This document shows, one piece after another, positions 1-7,681 of a DNA stretch of 32,000 bases. Location of the stretch: assembly GCF_000039765.1 (NCBI RefSeq), contig NC_004460.2, positions 720,001 to 752,000 on the forward strand. Reading direction: 5' to 3'. The position numbers and the translations under genes are program-made. The DNA is from Vibrio vulnificus CMCP6. Lineage in GTDB: Bacteria; Pseudomonadota; Gammaproteobacteria; Enterobacterales; Vibrionaceae. Position 1 is the first letter of the stretch; each line of letters opens with the position of its first letter. The notes under the pieces were generated by a model that was not told the origin of the DNA, made no database searches, and saw only the letters and a program-made list of their open reading frames with translations.

Positions 1-1744
1 AGGGAAAGAAAGCGCCTTTTTACCAAGGCATCGCGATCATAAGTTTACTGCTCTGTTTTCGGTTTCGCATAAACCGTTATCAACAGGCGATAAGATCATC
101 ACCCGCTTTACAGACAAAACTCGCGGCATTAAGGCCAACGTCGTGCACCACATTGTTCAAGCCGACAATAACGCCGTGATTGCCCAATCCAAAAATGGAC
201 AATCACTCACGATCGATCCCGAAAAAATTAAGGATGGCCATTGGGATTACGCCTATACCCGAACCGCAGATATGGCGCAAGGTGCCACGTACCAAAACGT
301 CATTACCTCTATCAAAGGGAAAGGTGCTCTAACTAACCTAAGACGTGCTTATATCGATTTAACAAGGGCAAGTGAACACGTCAGACTCTACACCGATAAC
401 CCCAAACAGATGATGAAGAGCTGGTTATCCAAAGAGGTCAACAAAGCCAGTGCGATTGAAACCGTTAAGCACATCGCCCCTCAATCGACCACGTATTTTA
501 ATGGCAACGCGCTTCCTCATGAAGACGTTCGTTATCAAAACAAAAATGGCGATTTCGATTACGACAAATTCAGAGAGCACATCAACTCTGAGTTACCAAA
601 ATACACAGAAAGCCTCGCCATCCACCTATTAGGAGCGCCTAACAAATCGAAATCCGATCGAGACTATTTAACGTTTGGTACGGGCAAGTCCGCCATTAAA
701 GTCAGTTTAACGGGGGACTATCGCGGTTATTTCAAAGATTACACAACAGGAGAAAAAGGCTCGCTGATTAATCTAATGATGAGTCATAAAGACCTCAGTT
801 ACAAAGAGGCGATGAACGAGGCTCATCACCTCTTAAATAATCCTGAACACTATCAAGTTGCAATTAACAAGGATCACGACAAGCTTATGAATACAACACC
901 AAAACACATTGCTCAATTTGAACAACGATCGAAAGATTATTTACAAGAAAGCCAAGAGCTAAAAGGAACATTAGCTGAGCAATACCTCCATAAGTTAGGT
1001 GTTAAAAACGCTGAGAACGACAACGTTCGTTTCCATCCCGCAGTTTACTCGTCAGAAGATAAAGCGTTCCACCCTGCTATGATTGCAAACATTCACAACC
1101 AGAAAGGAGAAACACGAGCGATTGAAATTACCTATCTTGACCATGATGCTAATAAAGACAGTGATATGGATGTGAACCCAAGAGTATTAGGGACCAAATC
1201 GAAGCAAATGACTCTCTTTAACCAAGGACAGGATTTAAACACAACGATTATTAGTACGGGCATTGAGCAGTCGTTCATAATAAATGAGCATACTCACGGC
1301 CAATATGACATCATCAATGTCAATCATAAAAATGACATTCAAAATATAACGCCTGACGAAATACGACAAAATGTCATTATTGTGTTGACCAATCAAAACT
1401 TAGATATCAACTCAAACAACATGGAGAAGATCATTAAAAAATTCTCTTCTCCTAATATTAACTTTGTTACCGAAGAAGATATGCTCAAGCAAATCACTGA
1501 GTGCATTCATAAATTTGAAGGACAGGATAAAGACATCAACCTCAATATTGCCATTGATGATAGTGTGTTGAAACAGCCTAATAGTGACCATAAAGATGTT
1601 ATTTCGTCTATACATAATGAGCGAGAGAGTAAAGAATTAGAGCACTTTGATCATAAAGAACATTCACCTCAACAAGATATTGACTTAAATAAAGCTCAAG
1701 ACGTAGACAAACATCTAGATTTAGACAGAGAGTTAGAACGATAA
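1..1744 (+). CDS. Conjugative relaxase/helicase (TraI-like, MOBF-type context), C-terminal part with primase-like (P4-alpha/TraC-type N-region plus Toprim-like) segment; 5' end lies outside the window
   Basis: Frame 2 is open from base 2, with no stop before the track's GTG at 143, so the gene begins upstream. 'YAYTRTADMAQGATYQNVI' resembles the terminal helicase motif of RecD/TraI-type helicases. 'LTFGTGKSAIKVSLTGDYRGYFKDYTTGEKGSLINLMM' and 'LAEQYLHKLGV..VRFHPAV..HPAMIANI..ITYLD..RVLGTK' resemble plasmid primase-like/Toprim proteins. The tail is acidic and low-complexity. The gene lies next to an F-like oriT. Confidence 0.6.
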   Translation, partial: GKESAFLPRHRDHKFTALFSVSHKPLSTGDKIITRFTDKTRGIKANVVHHIVQADNNAVIAQSKNGQSLTIDPEKIKDGHWDYAYTRTADMAQGATYQNVITSIKGKGALTNLRRAYIDLTRASEHVRLYTDNPKQMMKSWLSKEVNKASAIETVKHIAPQSTTYFNGNALPHEDVRYQNKNGDFDYDKFREHINSELPKYTESLAIHLLGAPNKSKSDRDYLTFGTGKSAIKVSLTGDYRGYFKDYTTGEKGSLINLMMSHKDLSYKEAMNEAHHLLNNPEHYQVAINKDHDKLMNTTPKHIAQFEQRSKDYLQESQELKGTLAEQYLHKLGVKNAENDNVRFHPAVYSSEDKAFHPAMIANIHNQKGETRAIEITYLDHDANKDSDMDVNPRVLGTKSKQMTLFNQGQDLNTTIISTGIEQSFIINEHTHGQYDIINVNHKNDIQNITPDEIRQNVIIVLTNQNLDINSNNMEKIIKKFSSPNINFVTEEDMLKQITECIHKFEGQDKDINLNIAIDDSVLKQPNSDHKDVISSIHNERESKELEHFDHKEHSPQQDIDLNKAQDVDKHLDLDRELER

Positions 1745-1777
1745 AAAAGGGTAGCCATTAGGCTACCCTTTTTTTTT
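1745..1777. terminator. Bidirectional rho-independent terminator between convergent genes
   Basis: The stem is GGGTAGCC (1749-1756), loop ATTA, GGCTACCC (1761-1768). An A-run lies 5' and a T9 run 3'. It overlaps the last codons of the minus-strand gene. Confidence 0.75.
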
Positions 1778-2134
1778 GCCTTCAAGAAATGAATCCACCT
1801 GATTATCAATATCGGCTTTAACTTGGCGCCTAACGGGTTGAGACTCTTTTTGATCTTTAAATAACTTCTCACCATTAAATGTCTGACCATGAATAACATC
1901 CCCTATCGCAGAGGACTGGCGAACAACCCGATAAATCTCCTCCATCAGCTCTCTGTTTGAAGGACGGCCTTCATCACTATCATTCAGCTTGATCCGTAAA
2001 GCCAAAGTCAAAAGCTGCCGAGTAGCTTCGGCATCCGAAAGGTTTTCTCTGTCTCTGAATTTGATGAAATCTTGCTTTAATTGACCTCGTAATGAGCTCT
2101 GTAATGGGTAAGCACGACTCATATTTTCCACCAT
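1763..2134 (-). CDS. Ribbon-helix-helix relaxosome accessory protein candidate (TrwA/TraY/MobC-like role)
   Basis: The ORF is 123 aa. Its N-terminus 'LRGQLKQDFIKFRDRENLSDAEATRQLLTLAL' fits a beta-strand plus two helices of an RHH fold. The gene is transcribed away from the adjacent oriT-like region, like trwA/traY. A more likely start is ATG 2122, which has GGTGGA 5 nt upstream. Confidence 0.45.
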   Translation of the reverse strand: MVENMSRAYPLQSSLRGQLKQDFIKFRDRENLSDAEATRQLLTLALRIKLNDSDEGRPSNRELMEEIYRVVRQSSAIGDVIHGQTFNGEKLFKDQKESQPVRRQVKADIDNQVDSFLEGKKKG

Positions 2135-2448
2135 TTTCCATCATTGAAATTCATTACACTATCAATGGATTTTCAATGAATCAAATTCAACCTCTAGAGC
2201 TTGAAGGCATACCACAAAAGGGATAAATAAAAATTCAATGAACTTTAAATTAAAAATCATTGAATCAGCTTGTATCCCTTACCATTAAAAGGATAAATGA
2301 CATGTCAATTAAACTACATAGAATTCAATTGATAAAAATGATTAATTTTAGTGGAAAATTTGAAAATTTTTTCACCATTCAAGACTAAGCACCAAAGCAA
2401 ACTATCTCATTGTTTTTAAAGTCTTTATCTTTTCTACAGACAACCATT
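2135..2448. promoter_or_regulatory. AT-rich oriT accessory region with repeated TTCAATGA/TCATTGAA and AAGGGATA motifs (candidate RHH/IHF binding sites and promoter of the RHH gene)
   Basis: ATTCAATGA-type motifs occur at least 5 times in both orientations (about 2141, 2162, 2172, 2234, 2257 and 2322). A large imperfect palindrome spans 2218-2280: AAGGGATA...TTCAATGA...TCATTGAA...TATCCCTT. Confidence 0.55.
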
Positions 2449-2481
2449 CGGATTGAAAATCAATCCGCCGTGGGGTGTGGT
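2449..2481 (+). other. oriT: oriT core: 8-bp hairpin followed by an F-type nic sequence, with predicted nick between 2478 and 2479 on the + strand
   Basis: The hairpin is CGGATTGA-AAA-TCAATCCG (2449-2467), followed by CCGTGGGGTGT|GGTTCC. The 13-nt CGTGGGGTGTGGT matches the F plasmid TraI recognition/nic core (TTTGCGTGGGGTGT/GGTGCTTT) as I recall it. A hairpin 5' of nic is the arrangement known from R388. Confidence 0.6.
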
Positions 2482-2671
2482 TCCTACTCAAAGACCCTAC
2501 GACGCTAACAATGATCACTCATCGGTTAACCATCTTGAGCGGAGGGGTTGCAGCCAGTGCGAAGCTAAAAGCCGATCGGTGGCGATTGAATCGGAGAGAA
2601 CAAGCAACATGTGCCAGGCTTGGAAAGGAGATCAGGAAGATGTCAATTGCACCACAATGGTGCAAGGTGTG

Positions 2672-3121
2672 TTATTTGAAGTTTGGAGAAAAATAAACGG
2701 CTTGAACTTTTTGGATGTATATTCTTCGGGCGCTCTCGGTGCGTTTAGAAAATCCTGCATTATACGCACCGACACTGTTCCAGTTATAACCATGACTAGC
2801 AAAGTTAGACGCTAATACCCAAGCACCAAGCGATACATTAAAACACGGCTCGTAAACATTGGACTCATCGACATTAAATTCAGCAAGTTTAGGAAACCAA
2901 GACGAATTAATTTGCATCAATCCATAATCACGACTTATTATTTCACCATTTTGATTTTTGTTTTCGTTGTAAGCGTTGGATCTAAGACTGCTTTCTACTT
3001 GCGCAATAGCTCTAAGTAAATCAGGTGATACGTTATAATGCTGTCCGGCCTCTTCAAAACAAAAGGCCGAAACCGCACTAGGAAAAATAAGCAATAGTAA
3101 GCATGTTTTTTTCATAAGCAA
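2672..3121 (-). CDS. Lytic transglycosylase (SLT domain; F orf169/geneX, R1 P19-like), secreted
   Basis: There is a signal peptide 'MKKTCLLLLIFPSAVSA'. The catalytic-Glu motif 'AIAQVESSL', 'GLMQIN' and 'AYNAG' are typical of plasmid-borne SLT-family enzymes. The gene sits next to oriT and points toward it, as in F. Confidence 0.85.
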   Translation of the reverse strand: MLMKKTCLLLLIFPSAVSAFCFEEAGQHYNVSPDLLRAIAQVESSLRSNAYNENKNQNGEIISRDYGLMQINSSWFPKLAEFNVDESNVYEPCFNVSLGAWVLASNFASHGYNWNSVGAYNAGFSKRTESARRIYIQKVQAVYFSPNFK

Positions 3122-3167
3122 AAAATGGAGTCCGTCAGGACTCTATTCTATCGTATATTTTAAGAGA

Positions 3168-3509
3168 TTAATATTCACTAGGCAGCAAAACCGTGGTAAC
3201 ACTTCTATCTCTTTCTGTAATGACCCAAATACGCTCACCACATAACTTATATTTAGATAAAACACGTTCACCTGTTTTGGTAGCTTCATCGTTCGTTATT
3301 TTATCATCAATACAGATAGAGCCCCAGTCACCATTTTTATGGCGAGTAAGTGCAATAAACAAACTACCCTGTGAACCACTGTTATTTTCTATTATATCAG
3401 CTACACCTTGTGTCATTACCGTTTTTCCAAGCTCAAACGGAACAGCCGTACACACATAATTTTGCGCTTTTAAATCTTTTTGATTTAGAGTATTCTTTAA
3501 TGCGTTCAT
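3168..3509 (-). CDS. Small conserved plasmid/ICE-borne hypothetical protein (113 aa)
   Basis: The ORF is in the same orientation as its neighbours. The C-terminal 'GDWG...IWVITERDRSVTTVLLPSEY' pattern is one I recall from plasmid-related hypothetical proteins. No function is assignable. Confidence 0.5.
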   Translation of the reverse strand: MNALKNTLNQKDLKAQNYVCTAVPFELGKTVMTQGVADIIENNSGSQGSLFIALTRHKNGDWGSICIDDKITNDEATKTGERVLSKYKLCGERIWVITERDRSVTTVLLPSEY

Positions 3510-3601
3510 TTTTAAGTTTCCTATAGTTTATAATTGAACATGCCTTAGCGAATTTTTGCTGAGCGTTAAGGATTTTTATTTCTGGTTTATTCGTAGTACG
3601 T

Positions 3602-3967
3602 TCACCACTGTCTATACACTTGATAAATGTCGTCGTATGAATAACCATACTCTTCGAGATTTTCTACACAGTCGGTAATATCATTGGTATAAAAACACTC
3701 GTGATTAGAGAGTTCACGACGAATAATTGTCTCCTTGCCATTTTCGGCAATGTCTTGCTTAATCCCTTCTTTTTGAATTTCATCTAAACGCTCAATCAAT
3801 TTTTTAGCGTTATTCTTAGGCACAATCATTCCCATGCCGAGAGAGACATACTCAACGCCTTTTTTCTTAGCTGAATCGAACTGATTATTAGAAAACGCGA
3901 AGAACGCGCCTAGCTCATCAAATAAATCGGTTTGTGGTTGTTGGGTGTAATCTGATAGATATTTCAT
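3602..3967 (-). CDS. Hypothetical protein (121 aa), leading-region gene
   Basis: The start lies 3 nt after the stop of the upstream gene, suggesting operon coupling. 'LGAFFAFSNNQFDSAKKKG' resembles a conserved plasmid-borne DUF family. No function is assignable. Confidence 0.5.
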   Translation of the reverse strand: MKYLSDYTQQPQTDLFDELGAFFAFSNNQFDSAKKKGVEYVSLGMGMIVPKNNAKKLIERLDEIQKEGIKQDIAENGKETIIRRELSNHECFYTNDITDCVENLEEYGYSYDDIYQVYRQW

Positions 3968-3970
3968 AGC

Positions 3971-4351
3971 TTAAGCCTCAACATTAAAATTAATGGTGGT
4001 ATCTATTAATGTGGCGGAAAGTGCTTTTGCAATTGCGCCACACTCTTGTTTAATTGCAGATATTGAAAGCTGTGAGGATAGAAAGTTCTTAACGTGTTTC
4101 TCATTACCATTTGACTCAATAGCCATGACTTGAAAGCCCGCCTCCCACTGCTCACGCGGCGTATCCCATGAACCAAAGTGCTCCCCACGAACGACCACAC
4201 TGACCACCTTTGATGGGTCAAGATAAGCCGGTAACTGCTGAAGAAAATGACAAGAGATATCATTTTTTGGTGAGCTTTCGTGCCCAGCGGCGAAACGCTG
4301 GTCGCTGACCTTCGATTTAGAGAGAGTTGGGGTTGAGTGTCGTTGTGCCAT
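3971..4351 (-). CDS. Hypothetical protein (126 aa), first gene of the minus-strand cluster
   Basis: The ORF has AGAAGGAAA about 9 nt upstream of its ATG. It lies immediately downstream (minus strand) of the GC-rich structured region. The overlapping 4006..4413 ORF is an alternative frame. Confidence 0.45.
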   Translation of the reverse strand: MAQRHSTPTLSKSKVSDQRFAAGHESSPKNDISCHFLQQLPAYLDPSKVVSVVVRGEHFGSWDTPREQWEAGFQVMAIESNGNEKHVKNFLSSQLSISAIKQECGAIAKALSATLIDTTINFNVEA

Positions 4352-4760
4352 AAGGAGTTTCCTTCTGTTTGAGTATCACTTTTATGGAGCCGCTTGGCTG
4401 CCCCATTCCTCAAACAGGGTTCTTCTTTGCAAGGGCGCTCAGCGGCTTCGCCCTACCTTGCAAAGAGGGTTCTGGGTGAGGATGGTTTACAGCCTGCGAG
4501 CGCCATCAAATGATGCGAGTTGAAAGGAAAATCGGCACATAAGACACCGAGCCCTTACTCGAACTTAATCGAAGTCAGTGAAAGGTTTTACGTGAGGAGG
4601 TACGAGGCGCAGCTACGCAGTAACGAAGGCGCTGGGTGATTGTCCGCAGGAACTTAGAGCCACATCGAGCTTGCTCGATGAACATGGATCAAGTTATCGA
4701 GGGAGGAGCGTAGCAACGGAATGAACCGACCGGAGGGAGAACGCCAATAATAATGCTTAC
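4352..4760 (-). other. GC-rich structured non-coding element (candidate ssDNA promoter/Frpo-like element or ncRNA)
   Basis: No ORF of 60 aa or more fits here in a sensible frame, and GC is visibly higher than in the flanks. One stem is CTTTGCAAGGGCG (4425-4437) with CGCCC(TA)CCTTGCAAAG (4449-4465). A palindrome CATCGAGC-TT-GCTCGATG lies at 4663-4680. A long-range complement pairs CCTGCGAGCGCC (4493-4504) with GGCGCT...CGCAGG (4628-4650). GGAGG-rich units repeat. Confidence 0.4.
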
Positions 4761-4947
4761 ATGCAAAATTGCTATGTGACACTAAATTTAAACGGACATA
4801 ACTTCTAAGCTATTTTTGCCCCAAAGTCTATTAGTTCAAATACTCTATACCTTTTCAAACTTGCTACGCATCATTAGAAAAAATTATCTGAAATCACGGT
4901 TTCTAAAATTAATAGGTCACTCAAGTAAGTAACCATGGAGGTGATGT

Positions 4948-5546
4948 ATGGTGACTGTTAATACAAAGAAACGGATATTAGGACAGAAGAAGCCCTTTAA
5001 GCTTGAAGATATCTGGCGGATTCGAACGCATTTAGAAATTGAAGGTAACCTTATGGAGTTGGCACTATTAAACCTTGCCATAGACTGTAAGTTACGTTCG
5101 TGTGATTTACTCAGATTGCGGGTTTGTGATGTATCCTCTTCTGGCATCATTATGACGAGAGTTTTACTGACTCAAAGTAAAACATCGCGAGATGTGCAAT
5201 TTGAAATCACATCCAAAACCCAGCACGCACTCAGTCAATGGTTATTTGTGAGTCAGTTATCACCCCAAGACTTTTAATTCCTAGTCCCAGGCGTGAAGGA
5301 GTACCAATGAGTTATTCCTATTACGCCAGCATTATTAAACGATGGGCAAGTACGCTTGGCTTGGATTCTACTCATTATGGTACTTACTCTATGCGCAGGA
5401 CTAAGGCCACACCTATCTATGCGAAGACAAAGAATATTAGAGCGGTACAATTGCTGTTAGGGCACGTTAAGCTCGATAACACCATCCGTTATCTAGGGGT
5501 AGAAATCGAAGATGCGCTCAAAATTTCAGAAGATACTGATATCTAG
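4948..5546 (+). pseudogene. Small (~200 aa) tyrosine recombinase (FimB/ResD-size integrase/resolvase), interrupted by a 1-nt frameshift
   Basis: GGAGG lies 6 nt upstream of ATG 4948. The motifs are 'DLLRLRVCDV' (Arg), 'HYGTYSMRRTKAT' (HxxR) and 'LLGHVKLDNTIRYL' (H...Y). The frame breaks at the T4 run 5272-5275. One extra T would read ...SPQDFLIPSPRREG... continuously. Confidence 0.75.
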
Positions 5547-6026
5547 CTAAGTATTGGTTCGATGTGGCTGTGGACTGGCTAAACATATCTGCCTCGATTG
5601 GTCCCCTGATGCCGAGTGTTTTAACTTTGCTACCAACCTATCAGGTGCGCAATATTTACACAGAGTCACCCTCGATTCTTACTCGATATCGAAATATGAG
5701 ACCAGTTTTTGGATATGGAGTAGATGCGCCAGATTAATCAACTGCCGCCCACAATGACCTATTTTATTAGCATGATCCCGATGAACGATTCTCGTAAGAT
5801 CTTGAGTGAGCGTAATGAAGTTTGGCGTGCCTCCACGCATTGAAAATGGTCGGAAGTTCTTAAAAAAAACAATATTGAGCAAGAAATGTACAAATTAAGT
5901 ATTAAGTATCGAAAACTATGGTAGGCTAGTTCGTGAACCCCCACAGCTTAGTGGGACATTTTGTTGATTCTGGATTGACTATCCTCCCCATCGTGCCCTT
6001 CTAAGCCTAACGAAGTTAGGTAAATC

Positions 6027-7211
6027 ATGTTACACCCAACACGTAAAATGAGCTCAAAACTGAGCAACGTAGAAAACTTGTACTCTTTACCAAGAAGTAG
6101 AGCGTTACCTAAACCCAATTTATTGAGGCAACAAAGGGAGACTGCGGTTGTCTACTGCGAGGGCTTCTTTGGTGAGTCTAAAGGTAAAACAACTAACGGG
6201 CTAGTACGTGAGTCGAATCGGTTCAAGATCGTATCTGTTATCGACAGTACCAAAGCAGGCCAAGATAGTGGAGCTTATCTCTATGGGCATGACAATGGCG
6301 TTCCTATTTGTTCTAGTTTAAGTCAAGCGATCGCGGTTTCTGATTGGATTCCGGAATACTTTATTTACGGCCTTTCTCCTGAGAGTGGGCGTTTATCTCT
6401 TGAAGAAAGACAGCTAATCCTCACCGCAATGAGATTGGGGATGAACATTGTGATTGGCCTACATGAATTTTTAACGGACGACCCAGAGTTTATGGAAGCG
6501 GCCAAAAAGAATCATGTTCGGATTATTGATGTTATCAAACCAAGGCCAATAGATGAACTTCAGCTGTTTGCGAACCGTCTCCAAACAGTTCTTTGCCCAA
6601 GGATTTTAGTCATGGGTACGGATTGTGCTATTGGCAAACGTACCACTGCATTGGCGTTGACGAAAGTCCTCGAAAGATACGGTTTAAATGTCGTCATGAT
6701 CGCCACAGGGCAAACGGGGTTGATCCAAGGAGCACGCTATGGGATCGCACTTGAAGCCATACCTTCACAGTATTGCGTTGGAGAGTTAGAAGCCATTGTT
6801 GTTGAAGCATACGAAGAAGAAGGACCTGATGTCATTGTGATTGAAGGGCAAGGTGCATTAAGCCACCCCTGTTTTTGTACTAGTGCATCGATTATCCGTG
6901 GCTCGCAACCACATGCTGTAATCCTTCAACACTCTCCAACGAGAGTCTACTTGAGTGGTAGTGAGCAATATTTTATGCCTGATTTGGATACAGAAATAGA
7001 GCTAATAGAGCTGTTTGCAGGTGTACCCGTTATAGGCATTACATTAAACAGTCAAGGTTTGGATGAGCAATCTACCGCGGAAGTGATTTCTCACTATGTC
7101 GACAAGTATCATCGTCCAGTGGCAGAACTGTTTACTGTTTCAGATGAAGTTCTAGTTGAAATGGTGATGGACATGTTCCCAGAGTTAGATCTTGATTCTA
7201 TCACTATCTAG
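6027..7211 (+). CDS. DUF1611 domain protein (DgcN-like N-acetyltransferase family), paralog A
   Basis: 'VVYCEGFFGESKGKTTNGLVR', 'VMGTDCAIGKRTTA' and 'IVIEGQGALSHP' are hallmark blocks of DUF1611. It is a paralog of 13016..14221. Confidence 0.8.
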   Translation: MLHPTRKMSSKLSNVENLYSLPRSRALPKPNLLRQQRETAVVYCEGFFGESKGKTTNGLVRESNRFKIVSVIDSTKAGQDSGAYLYGHDNGVPICSSLSQAIAVSDWIPEYFIYGLSPESGRLSLEERQLILTAMRLGMNIVIGLHEFLTDDPEFMEAAKKNHVRIIDVIKPRPIDELQLFANRLQTVLCPRILVMGTDCAIGKRTTALALTKVLERYGLNVVMIATGQTGLIQGARYGIALEAIPSQYCVGELEAIVVEAYEEEGPDVIVIEGQGALSHPCFCTSASIIRGSQPHAVILQHSPTRVYLSGSEQYFMPDLDTEIELIELFAGVPVIGITLNSQGLDEQSTAEVISHYVDKYHRPVAELFTVSDEVLVEMVMDMFPELDLDSITI

Positions 7212-7233
7212 TTAACTGAATTTTAGCAGAGTA

Positions 7234-7262
7234 AAACAGTGAATATGTTGTTCACTGTTTTC
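7234..7262 (+). terminator. Rho-independent terminator candidate after DUF1611-A
   Basis: The stem is AAACAGTGAA (7234-7243), loop TATGTTG, TTCACTGTTT (7251-7260). The T-tract is partly within the stem. Confidence 0.55.
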
Positions 7263-7265
7263 GCC

Positions 7266-7293
7266 AAATATACTGAATTTATTCAGTATATTT
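7266..7293. repeat. Perfect 13-bp-arm palindrome AAATATACTGAAT-TT-ATTCAGTATATTT
   Basis: Read directly from the sequence. It lies in the intergenic region between DUF1611-A and the hflK-like gene. Confidence 0.9.
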
Positions 7294-7681
7294 GTGCTTA
7301 ACAGGCATATTTTTCGCCTGCTTAGTGACCTTATATTGAAGGGTTCTTTTGTATTTCTTCCGATTTTTCTTGAAAAACGTTCAGCGCTACTACTAAAAGT
7401 GGCTTTTTCACATTTATCCTATTGGATTCCATTTTTATCTTGGTAGGTAAGAGTAGATCTTGAAAGCGGATGACTTGATGAAAAACAGGCGTTTAAAAGC
7501 AATTGTTCCTCTCTTTTAAACGTGTAGTTCTTTGTTAAAGCATCTAGTTGCACTCCTGGACAAAACGTTTAGAGAAGCTTTGGAACATGACACGAAATAT
7601 GGCCTTGTTACTTCGGGCTATCCCTCAATGCATAAACCGAGTGGGTTAAAAATGTTCCCCCTACAGCCGGAGGGCATGCTC

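Noticed and set aside
2470-2671. Higher-GC 200 bp between nic and the transglycosylase stop; a 32-codon minus-strand ORF and a TGGCAC-like string on the minus strand
   Set aside because: The ORF has no SD. The sigma-54-like string has the -12 element one nucleotide too close. The region is probably part of the extended oriT/relaxase binding region, but I cannot support a separate feature.
2453-2815. Track ORFs 2453..2815 and 2475..2696 (+)
   Set aside because: They run through the oriT hairpin/nic and antisense into the transglycosylase gene. They have no SD and no recognisable motifs, and their composition is odd. I treat them as spurious.
4006-4413. 135-aa minus-strand ORF overlapping 3971..4351
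   Set aside because: It is an alternative frame of the same region, extends into the GC-rich structured element, and lacks a credible SD. The 126-aa frame is preferred, though neither has homology I can recognise.
5554-5944. Three ~60-67 aa ORFs between the recombinase and DUF1611-A, and a tRNA-like GGTTCACGAA string near 5925-5945
   Set aside because: The ORFs overlap each other on both strands and have no SD or motif support. The T-loop-like string has no complementary stem or acceptor arm, so no tRNA or att call can be supported.
7266-7293. Possible LexA (SOS) box in the palindrome
   Set aside because: It reads CTG-N8-CAG, whereas the gammaproteobacterial SOS box is CTG-N10-CAG. The spacing is wrong.
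7532-7681. TTG-initiated 50-codon N-terminal extension of the hflK-like gene
   Set aside because: The extension has no HflK-like sequence. An ATG with GGAGG upstream at 7682 gives the expected 'NPWGGG' N-terminus.
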